Below the pieces are notes generated by a model, which had not been told where the DNA came from, did not search any database, and saw only the letters and a list, made by a program, of their open reading frames with translations. The translations under genes and the position numbers were made by a program. A stretch of DNA of 20,000 nucleotides from positions 929,519 to 949,518 of the forward strand of contig NW_014577071.1 in NCBI RefSeq assembly GCF_000485595.1. The letters run 5' to 3'. The DNA is from Priapulus caudatus. Lineage: Eukaryota. This document shows positions 10,556-20,000 of this stretch, piece by piece (within the stretch, counting starts at the first letter, position 1; every line of letters starts with the position of its first letter).

Positions 10556-10814
10556 GTTTACCAATAGAACCCAATGACACGCCTTGGCTTACTTGTACAC
10601 TATATCCAACCATAGGCACTTCCTGTTAAGCTGAAAGATGAGCACCGATTGGTTCCTTTTGATAAGCGTGATTTACGTTTTTTCATCAGACTTCGGACGC
10701 ATCAATGGTCTATAAATATCCAGTGAACTGCGCTCAAACGGGTCGCAGTATCGCCGGACTACACACTACCGACGTATATATTACGGAACGCTTGGCTCGC
10801 CATATGATAGCAAT
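10556..10814 (+). promoter_or_regulatory. Putative core promoter/5' leader of P450 copy 3
   Basis: CCAAT at 10561 and 10572, inverted CCAAT (ATTGG) ~10648, TATAAATA 10711-10718 about 100 bp before the ATG. The same order of motifs recurs upstream of copies 1 and 2. Confidence 0.6.
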
Positions 10815-12332
10815 ATGGATCTCCTCGCTTCGTTAAGTGGGTTACTTAACACGAACACTCTTGCTTTGCTAGCAAGTCTTCTAGTGATTATTGTAATTCG
10901 CTATCTGGTGGTGAGACCACGAAACCTGCCACCCGGGCCATGTGGCATACCGATATTTGGCTACCTCCTATCCTTATTTAGGACCGGTTATCCATGGGAT
11001 ATCATTTTCAAGAAAAGAGAGAAATATGGCGACATTTGGAGCATGTATCTTGGATCACAACTGGTTGTTGTGCTGCATAACTGGAAGTTGGTAAAAGAAG
11101 CGCTGGTAGACCAAGGAGATCATACGTCCTACAGAGCTATTATGCATGGCTTAAATGTTGCAACCGACGGAGGCCGGGGTATAGTTCACTCTAACGGCCG
11201 ACAATGGAAGGAACATCGGAGATTCTTGCTGAAATCACTGAGGGGATTTGGTGTTGGAACAAAGTCTATCGAAGAGAGAATTATGGAAGAAGTAGATTAT
11301 CTAACAACGCAGATGGCGAAGCAACAAGGCAAGCCCTTCAGCATTTCCAACTACTTGCACTTGGTGTCTACGAATATTATTCTTCACGTAGTTTTTGGAA
11401 AACGATTTGACCTGGATAACAAGGAATTGAATGTACTTCTTCGAGCGTTACATGGTATGTTTCATGACCTAGAAGGTTTTGTGAACCCACTGATTTACGT
11501 ACCATGGTTAAGACATTTACCATTTATTCGGACGAAATATACCGAAATGGTTAACCATATGACGACTGTTGTAAACTGGAGTAAGAAGCAAATAGCTGAA
11601 CATCGTTCCACATATGATCCAAAATGCATGCGGGATGTCGTCGATGACTATATCAGAGAACAAAAGGAACAGTTCAAGTTGCTTGGAGAAGAAAGTACAT
11701 TTACTGAGAGCCAGTTCGCAAAAACCCTGACTGATCTTATTGTTGCTGGCATCGAGACCTTCAGCACCACCTTTGACTGGTTCGCATTCTACATGGCTAT
11801 GTGTCCCGATGTTCAGAGCAAGGTGCGTGCAGAGATTGATGAGGTAATCGGGACAAGTAGGCTGCCAACTTACGAAGATCGTCTGAAGATGCCCTACACA
11901 GAGGCTACATGTATGGAGCTGCAGAGGATTGGGAATATTGCCATGTCCCTGTTCCTCCGAACGGTCACCAAAGATATTGAACTTGAAGGATACAACATTC
12001 CGGCAGGGTCGGCTCTGATAGTCAATCTGTACACTATGCAGATTGATGAAGGATATTGGAAGAACCCCGATGAGCTTAATCCGGACAGATTTATTGATGG
12101 TAGCGGTAAGGTCATCGTGAAACCAGACTCGTTTATGCCATTTTCGTTGGGTCGCAGAAACTGCATCGGCGAATCACTAGGTAAAATGGAACTATTCTTG
12201 TTTCTAACGTCCATCCTACAAAAATTCGAACTTACGTTTCCGAAAGGTGCCCCGCTACCAACCACGGAGCACATATGTCGCGGTATTACTATGGCTCCGA
12301 AACCTTATGAGATATGCGCAACACAGAGATAG
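10815..12332 (+). CDS. Cytochrome P450, CYP2 clan, intact single-exon ORF, 505 aa (copy 3)
   Basis: N-terminal membrane anchor followed by the PPGP hinge; WKEHRR (WxxxR); I-helix AGIET; ELQR (ExxR); NPDRF (PERF); heme motif FSLGRRNCIGE. Uninterrupted ORF of full P450 length. Confidence 0.97.
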   Translation: MDLLASLSGLLNTNTLALLASLLVIIVIRYLVVRPRNLPPGPCGIPIFGYLLSLFRTGYPWDIIFKKREKYGDIWSMYLGSQLVVVLHNWKLVKEALVDQGDHTSYRAIMHGLNVATDGGRGIVHSNGRQWKEHRRFLLKSLRGFGVGTKSIEERIMEEVDYLTTQMAKQQGKPFSISNYLHLVSTNIILHVVFGKRFDLDNKELNVLLRALHGMFHDLEGFVNPLIYVPWLRHLPFIRTKYTEMVNHMTTVVNWSKKQIAEHRSTYDPKCMRDVVDDYIREQKEQFKLLGEESTFTESQFAKTLTDLIVAGIETFSTTFDWFAFYMAMCPDVQSKVRAEIDEVIGTSRLPTYEDRLKMPYTEATCMELQRIGNIAMSLFLRTVTKDIELEGYNIPAGSALIVNLYTMQIDEGYWKNPDELNPDRFIDGSGKVIVKPDSFMPFSLGRRNCIGESLGKMELFLFLTSILQKFELTFPKGAPLPTTEHICRGITMAPKPYEICATQR

Positions 12333-12357
12333 TTTCATAACCAATCCATATATGCAA

Positions 12358-12613
12358 ATATGTGTTAGAATTACGACTACTGCGTTGTTCAATATTATAT
12401 GTTGAATTTGCAGATTAGCAAGAAACTGATTTGTTATAATATTGATCGAGGGCGGAATCAAGTGTTTCTCGAATTAAAACAGTTATATGTGTTAGAAATA
12501 CGACTATTGAGTTGTTCAATAATATATGCTGAATTCGCAAGTTAGCAAGTTATATTACTGATTGGATATAATATTGATCGAGGGCGGAATCAAGTGTTTT
12601 TTGAATTAAAACA
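12358..12613 (+). repeat. 127-bp tandem repeat, 2 units, in the 3' region of P450 copy 3
   Basis: TGTGTTAGAA at 12361 and 12488; each unit ends with ATTAAA (12473, 12605). Confidence 0.92.
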
Positions 12614-13247
12614 TTAATATTTGGCTTTCATCGGGTTTAATGAAAAAATAGTGAGCGCATAATAATTAATTGTTAAGCAGTAATCAGATTAATTGTTAGG
12701 ATTCTTGTGCCTCACGTTATTTGTTGACTTCAAGGTAGTTCAATTTTTAGATAAATTATTTTGATAAATTTACCCAATTAAATGTCATTTAATTAATACA
12801 TATTTATATCAATTACAATATTTGGAAGTGTGTCTAATGCTGGTAGTATTCCATCGTTATCTAGAAGTAGTGATTAGTGGATCGCGTTAGAAACTCTAAA
12901 AGCGTAGACATATAAGACACTGAATTAACATATTGCAATACTTGAGGAATGATTTGATCGACGGATATACTTAATATATAAATATACGAAATACTAATAA
13001 TGATAATTTAAGAAGACATTACTCATCTTTATACGTAATTAGATATTGCCTCGATCTGGGTGGTATTAAATGTACCTAATTAAATGACTTGTCGAAATTA
13101 AATAACTTTGCATTCTCCAGATGAGTATTCCATTGAGTATAGTTGAGGCATCTTATTTTCGTACTCATCTTCATTTCGTAACATTTCTGACAGAATCGGT
13201 TTCATGAAAGAAAGGAGATGGAACGCACTAATGCAATGTTTTGATTA

Positions 13248-16200
13248 TAGTCAAGTTCATTTCGTAATTTCGTAACTTTTTGGGGGATTTGGAAACCTAT
13301 ACATTTTCGGAATCTGTATAGTATAGGCAATCAGAAAACCAATGTTTACAATTTGCCGGAAGCATGCATGGCGGCCATCTTGGATTTTTAAAATGGCCGC
13401 CTTCAAAATGGGCGTTTCTCAATATCTCAGCATCCAGGTAGCCTAGAGTCATAATTTTAACGGCTAAACATACATTTTCAGGGGTGAGGAAGCCAGAGGT
13501 ACAAAGTAAAATAAGCTAAACATAACCACAAAGCAGATTATCATATTTATTTTATTATAATAAATTTTCTAAATGGCTTAGAACTTCTACATGTAGCAAG
13601 TCAAACCTTTAGCATGTCTAGGCAGCTTCTTGCACAACTAAACTTCAATATCATGATAGCATGACAAAATAAGTGTGATATAGCAATATCTTTGATATAT
13701 AGCAGAAACTTTACACATCATCATCATCACTGTCACTGGTCGGCAACATGTCATTCCTAGAGTCCTCATCATTCTGGCACTAAGTGCTGCACTGGCAGAG
13801 GTCTGTGCATGATAAGTTATTGGACCTGCAAGAGCATCGAGATGTTAAACAGTCTGCTCTGCACTGGCATCTCACCATCTCAATGATGGCCTTGGGGCTG
13901 GGAGGACCTCAGTTGTGATTGGTTTCACATGATCAGCTGCTGTGTCCTTGTAGAAGCCATGCTGCCGCGGATCCAGGAACTGCTGCTGAGCAATGCTTGC
14001 CTAACCCCATACTGTGGCCTGGATCTGGACTCTGTGGATGTGCTGCTTGAGAGCACCAAGGGTGGGAAGCAGCTTGTCACTTTCAGCCATATGCTTGCAG
14101 AAAAGATGCCATCGCAGCTCAGGGATGCTCGCAATCTAGATTCCCTTTGGTGCGTATGCAGCACAGACGAATGTAGCCAGCGTTGACAGCAGCTCTTCAG
14201 TGACTTCAGCGGCATCTGAAAGCATCTGCAGAGAATTGATGACTTCTCCGCCTGCTTTGAGGTAGACATGCAGCCAGGTTGCTTTGCCCATGCAAGAGAA
14301 CATCCTAGTGTTGTTTGCCCCCGTAAATGCGTGGAAGGCTGGCTAAGCCTTTGCTCTTTCTGGACCTAGATCTGTCCATATTGGCTGCACTTGGACTACT
14401 CCGGAAGCCATCGACATGGACGTGTTTCTCAGCAGAAGGTCATAATGTGCTATGACCAGCACCAGAATATCAGTGTCTGGGTTGAAGACCACCAACTCTG
14501 CATCAGGTGGGTGCCTCTGTGATGCCAGCACTGCATGGTAGATCAGCAGTGTGTCCGCCTCTTCGTGATTGTTGTCCTCGATTAGCAGCTCGCTATTGCT
14601 CCTAATATGTCCTGCGGCAGATGCGATAACCAGCTTTGACGAGTCTTGGTTGTACTCCAAGATTTTTGCTGCCAGATACTCAGTCAGATCAGCCTTTGTT
14701 TTGACGTGGGAAAGGAACCGGCTTATTGGGATGTGCTTGATGCTGGTGTCATCTCTGATCTGATATTAGATCGGATCCTTCCCTTGTCTCCGTTTCTCTC
14801 TTGTGGTACTCTTCAGGGAATCAGCCTTGTATGTGTCAAACACCAGAATGATCTCATCACAGTCACAGACTATGTGAGAGACATCAGTCTGGTATTGAAA
14901 CATTCACTGAGGTCTTTGACTGTCACGACCGTGGCTGGTTTTTTTGTTAGCTTCTGCACGACCACCATACCGTCCACCAGTGCACTTTTTCGACTTGGAT
15001 GAGGATCTTCAGTGGGTGTGCAGTCCATAGTTTCTGGATCCACTGCATCGCGCTGCAGAACACTTGCATTATGCAGCTGCTGCTGCTGATCTTCATCGGG
15101 TGGTTCTGCTGTTTCCAGCTTCTCAAGGAAGTGTATCAACTTTGCCTTGTCAATACATGGCAGCATTGTCCCGTTTGCCGCAAACAGTGCCCTCGATGTC
15201 AACGTGAACTCATAGTTGCCGATGGCTTGTTTCTGGTCGATGTCTCGCTTTGACCTGGCAAGGACCATCAGCCTTCCGTACAGATCCTTGGTCTTCTTCA
15301 GATCTACAGTCTTGTCTCTGAGTTTCACACTCGTTTTCTTGTTGCCAGACATAAACATGTTGTTGTTGTGTTTCTTTACTGGTGCCCAGCGGCTGACGTC
15401 CCCATTGATTCGCTCTGACACGTACTCTTCATACAACTTCTGCCCAGTGACATCAATGTTCAGGATCTGTGGCACATACTCGTCTGGGATGTAGGCATGG
15501 GTGATCAGATTGTGCAGCTGGTCACCTTCAGTGGCAAATGGATTGCCATGACTTAGAATCGCAGCCTTGATCTTGTCGATTGCGTCATGCTCCATTTTGA
15601 CTGCACTTGGTCTAAGGTCATGGTGCTCTGTGACCTTGCCAGCTTCCACATCAAACTGACTCTTGAACTTGCTCGACAGGCATGACAGTTTTGATGCAGC
15701 CATGAAAAACCTCTGTCTAGCGTTGGCGTTGTTGGAGATGCCAATCAGTCCAAAGTGAACCTTCATCAGCTTGTTTAGATGTTCGCATGCGTGGTGTACA
15801 CCAATGGATACAAACAGGATCTCGTTTTTGGTGACGGATATGTTTCCAGCTTTCAGTTCCCTCCAGGTATTGGGGTGGTCTGTTCTCAGGTCATACATGT
15901 CTGCGATGTACCGAGACCAGAGTCACTTGTACTTGATCCGGTCCATAGCAAAGAACATCTTGCTCAGTGCTTCTCCAGCTTCGAGATGGAGCACCAGGTC
16001 AGCGTTTCGGAATGCCGCCACGAAGAACAGGATTAATTGTCTCCACTCGGTGTAGGTAGTTTATCATTGATTTGAACATGGCATTCTTGGATCTTTGGGC
16101 CTCCCAGTCCTGGAATGTCTTCAGCACTTCAGCATTGGTCAAGGCTTGAAGGAGGGTGATGTTGGCATGTTTCACGGATTCAGCCTTTGTACATTTGTTT

Positions 16201-16551
16201 AAAAAAAAATAGTGAAAAAATAAGCAGCCATTTTGAAAATCTAAGATGGCCGCTTTGTGGTTATGTTTAGCTTATTTTACTTTGTACCACTAGCTTCCTC
16301 ACCCCTGAAAATGTATGTTTAGCCGTTAAAATCATGACTTTAGGCCACCTGGATGCTGAGATATTGAGAAACACCCATTTTGAAGGCGGCCGTTTCGAAA
16401 ATCTAAGATGGCCGCTATGCATGCTTTCGGCAAATTGTAAACATTGGTTTTCTGATTGCCTATACTATACAGATTCCAAAAATGTATAGGTTCGCAAATC
16501 CCCCTCAAAAAGTTGACAAAATTTAATATCTGGACATAGTGAACTTGACTA
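13248..16551 (-). mobile_element. Academ (AcademX-type) DNA transposon, internally deleted, non-autonomous
   Basis: Termini 5'-TAGTCAAGTTCA...TGAACTTGACTA-3'; long TIRs 13248-13534 and 16252-16551; TTA directly flanks both ends (13245-13247, 16552-16554). TAG..CTA ends, a 3-bp TSD and an XPG-like plus Cys-rich coding remnant match the Academ superfamily. Confidence 0.9.
13711..16197 (-). pseudogene. Degenerate AcademX polyprotein: C-terminal transposase region, XPG/FEN1-like nuclease, Cys-rich (CXC-like) tail
   Basis: Reading through stops and shifts: FRNADLVLHL..FFAMDRIKY; SIGVHHACEHLNKLMK; ALVDGM; NNHEEADTLLIYHA; PDTDILVL; PAFHAFTGANNTRMFSCMGK (H3TH-like); LPTLGALKQHIHR; CQCRADCLTSRCSCRSNNLSCTDLCQC; acidic tail ending at TAA 13713-13711. 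Several in-frame TAG/TGA stops; N-terminus lost near the A-run at ~16200. Confidence 0.88.
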
Positions 16552-16943
16552 TTACAGGAAAATGCAGTTTACTTTGCACACTATTGATTGGGGCCCGGAC
16601 AAAGCTCATGAAATCAATTTCAACTTTCAAGTCTTAATTTCCTCACTTAACTCAATCCCCTCACTATACTCCTAACTTTTAAGCTATCGCTGACGTTGAT
16701 AACCGCTTGGGAGTCTTAACATCAACAGATACGTACGGTTACCCTTTGACTGAATCAATTTCAAATTCGAAAATTCGAAAACGATCAATGCGATGGAAAT
16801 AACGTTGATTATATGGCGTGCACTCAGTTTATTATATTTGCATTATTTCGTCGGTGTCAGCGGGGCGCGCTCGCGCTTCAACATGGAGAATACGCGCAAG
16901 TATGTAAAGAACTCCTTAAATAAGTTTATTCGGTTGGTTGATA

Positions 16944-17120
16944 ATAGAGCTAACTTGGTAAATTTCTACTCGACCGTGAAGTTCAAACGTACTGCTAGCG
17001 TTTCGGGTCTTAACGGGAAACTTTTTCCCCAGCTTTGAAAAAGTCTTCCGTTAGGACGCGAAACGTTAGCAGTACGTTTGAACTACACGGTTGAGAGGAA
17101 ATTAACCAAGTTAACTCTAT
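16944..17120. mobile_element. Long palindrome typical of a Penelope-like element inverted terminal remnant
   Basis: 84-bp imperfect arms 16944-17027 and 17037-17120 around a 9-nt loop; CGTTTCG...CGAAACG core. Confidence 0.7.
17031..17072 (+). ncRNA. Minimal hammerhead ribozyme-like motif, U3-A8 core variant
   Basis: UUGAAAA (17035-17041), stem GUCUU/AGGAC (17043-17057), GAAA (17060-17063), palindromic AACGUU, short GCU/AGC closing stem. Extra nucleotides at the base of stem II suggest degeneration. Confidence 0.5.
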
Positions 17121-19587
17121 GAAAAAAAATGTCTAACATAATTTCGCTTCGTCATCGCCATTAAAGTGCTCGACAGACCTATAAAGGCATTGATCCACCA
17201 TCCGCTATTTACGGATACACGTTAGATGAGCATGTGTAGTCACCACGGCCGAACTCTCATGTAATGATGATGGATATCATAGAAAATCATCGGAATTAAC
17301 TACATAAACATGTTGGCCAAGAAATCTGCAGATATTGCTGCATTACGTTATATTATTTTTTGCGCAATGTAAAACTGTTCAGTCGTGACGAGCAGACAGT
17401 TTTCGTTAGTGGACCTTGATCTACAACGTGCTCACGTTAACACACGTTCGTGGGCATTGTCACGTAGGTCACAATACTCCGTTGCGGAAAGGTACGGCAG
17501 TGCTCTTTGATATTTGCTTAAACGATAGCATTTGATTACACTGACAGTAGCGCATTCAGACCCGTAACGAGCATTTCAGAAGAACTGGACCTTTGTGATC
17601 AGAAGATAGACCTTTGGAGTCAGCCAACCTAGCCCGTGTTCTGCATGAATAAAATTATTACATGAATGCCACAGAAACACTGTAAATACTTTCAGAATGT
17701 TTCACATTGTAATGACCTATGTACAATTACGTACAAACTAGTACACAACTTTGAATATAAGTCAACGCACGTGTATTCAGAGCATTGATTAACACATAAA
17801 TATGTTCATCAGTCTTTGCCACCGTAATATTTTTTTTTAAACAAGCATTTTAAAAACTCCATAACCCCGACAGTAGCTTTCACAGTACGCCATAGTATGC
17901 GGCTTAGTTTTAGTTTCATTGATTGGAGCGTGCTGAAGACGTCTATAGATTCTTCTTGATTACAGGATACGTGTCATAGTACGTATACTGATCGTGGCGG
18001 GCACAAAGAGCATCTCCTCACGTAGTGATTTTACTTTTTCTACCTTTTCTACTTTTTTTCGGTGCGTATATCTGTATTACACGCCATTGGACATGAGCAA
18101 GTGAAATGGCAAATGGCGTCGTTGTCATGTCAGCTTGACAGCATTTTTTCAGTCATGCACCTTACGCCTGGTATTTTTCCGCTTAGTCATACATGTCGTT
18201 CCTAGCAGCTAACTGCCCCTTCACTAACTAGTAGGCAAATGTCTCTCTCCTTCTCTGTTTATATCTTTTAATTCGGTCTACTATACGTACACAAAACACA
18301 TTATGTATGTATAATTTAGTGCACCGATGAAAATGTTAATAATTAATAGTTCAAGATATGTTTAGACATCACTTTAAAATCTCAAGATAATTGGGCAAAA
18401 AACTGGCATGAAAAAGCGAGATATGTGAAATTAGTCATTTTTGCTGATATAAATTAAGGAACTAGCTCTTATGCGAAATCACATACTAGAGACACACATT
18501 GGAATGCTGTAACTCGTGAATTACTGCATGCTATTGGAGCATTGGAATGACAGCAAAATCCAACTAATCCTCATTTTTGGGGGCACAACAACAAAATATA
18601 CAAAAAGTATATTAAATGAGAATGACCATGAGAAATACATGTAATCCTATCATGATTACAGGATTAAAGATCTTTATCCGTGTGTTCCTGATCTAATCGT
18701 ACATGTTGTTTTTATTTACAAACCGTATTCTCCGGTTAACGCTGAGTTAAAAGACCATGGCAAGTGATGAAAACCACAGTAAGACATGCATGCATATAAT
18801 CGACACAATTCTGTCTTAGTGACTTTACCTGGGTTACTGCAAATATATATTCAATCAAGAACGTATTAAGTATGTACTTATTATATATGTAATCATTATA
18901 TATGTACTTATGTAAGTAAGTATGTACAAGAGCGTGCATGCTTAATACGCTCGATCTTGATTCAATTCAGCGTCAAAGAAAACGATCATACGACACTCTA
19001 AATTATTTCTGAGAGAAATATGCGTTTCGTGCTGCTGGCAATATATTATGCTTCGTGTGATCTTCCCGGTTCTTATCGTTTTCCTTCTATTAAACATTTT
19101 AATAAAGGGCATTCTGAGAAGAAAGATTTTATGCATGTTCGAACATCGTCAAGCATGTAGTTTGATGCAGCTTAAAATGATCAATCGTATACTCGTGATT
19201 GTTTTTTATACGCAGGCCTTAAATCTGCCGAAACATTTTCCACTAGTTACTGAGACGACATGCCTGAGCACAGTCAATTAAAATGCTGTCGCGCTAGGTC
19301 AGCAGTTCGTTCGTCCGGACCATGACTGGTTCTTAATGGAATGTGTAACGCGGTAGATGGCAATTAAGTGGTCATTACTATTGGAACGATAGGGAAGGAA
19401 CTGAATATACGAAAGTTGCAATAACATTGTTGATCAATGTTGAACAAAATTTGACCCATATTTCTGGGAAACAATTGTAATTATGAGCTGAAGTCTTTTT
19501 AATTCATTCAGACCTCAATCGAATTAAAAAACTAAATCTAGCTATAATATATTCTTTGGTAAGTATAGCTCTTTATATGTGGTAGAG

Positions 19588-19832
19588 TAATAATGATGAA
19601 TATAATGATGAAGATGCTAATGATGATAATAATAATAATATATATATATAATATTAATAATAACCACACTGCCCAATAAGTGCAGAAAATCGCACTACTG
19701 GGAACAGCACACATCCTGCAAAAAAATTCTGGATTGAATCCTTATGTCCCAGGTTGGGAAACGGCCAACCCAGAAGCCACCGGCTAATGCCGTGATCCAC
19801 TCTGGAAATAATAATAATAATGGTAATGATAA
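19588..19832 (+). repeat. (TAA/TGA)n microsatellite split by the retroelement fragment
   Basis: Directly visible at 19588-19663 and 19808-19832. Confidence 0.85.
19664..19807 (+). mobile_element. 5'-truncated R4/Dong-like non-LTR retrotransposon 3' end
   Basis: 19680 onward reads VQKIALLGTAHILQK(ILD*), matching the QKxxLLGTAxILR C-terminus of R4-clade ORFs. It is followed by a short 3' UTR and flanked on both sides by (TAA)-type repeats. Confidence 0.75.
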
Positions 19833-20000
19833 TTATGTTACCAACATGAAATAATATTTATTAGATGCATATTCTAAACGATATAGAAGGTGCATGCCTT
19901 ACAGAATCGGAAAAAAATTAACGTTTATACGATTTACGCTTGTAACGACGCGCTAAAATTTACGTTACGAAAATGAGTCAACCTTATTCTGACAGATTCG

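Noticed and set aside
10660..10672. GCGTG xenobiotic-response-element core in the copy 3 promoter
   Set aside because: Does not fit TNGCGTG and is not conserved in copy 2 (AACGTG) or copy 1.
11894..12274. Antisense ORFs recurring in all three P450 copies (also 2566-2892, 7938-8222)
   Set aside because: Shadow frames conserved only because the sense gene is duplicated; lengths differ and no motifs are recognisable.
13929..16055. Plus-strand ORFs within the Academ element
   Set aside because: Antisense shadows of the GC-richer transposon coding sequence.
17130..19580. Short ORFs and possible exon or TE fragments
   Set aside because: No recognisable protein motif, termini or splice structure that I can support by eye; left unannotated.

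Overview
AT-rich eukaryotic (animal, probably marine invertebrate; inference) DNA. The backbone is a head-to-tail array of three intronless CYP2-clan cytochrome P450 units on the + strand (ATGs at 2257, 6761, 10815; last two 4054 bp apart). Copy 1 is a deletion pseudogene. Copy 2 carries about 19 small indels confined to its first ~920 bp that look like sequencing error. Copy 3 is an intact 505-aa ORF. The duplicated spacers supply empty sites that delimit four insertions: a 243-bp MITE with a 9-bp TSD and a telomere-like core, a ~260-bp element with almost no TIR, a ~2.6-kb Helitron with a PIF1 helicase remnant, and a 607-bp TTAA/Kolobok-type MITE. Downstream lie a 3.3-kb internally deleted AcademX transposon (~290-bp TIRs, TTA TSD, XPG-like nuclease plus Cys-rich tail), a Penelope-type palindrome with a U3-A8 hammerhead-like motif, and a 5'-truncated R4/Dong-like retroelement inside a (TAA)n tract. 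I cannot support a wholly new biological system. The most interesting signals are paralog divergence focused on substrate-recognition sites, gene-conversion mosaicism, templated-insertion repair scars and the variant ribozyme. All alignments were done by eye.
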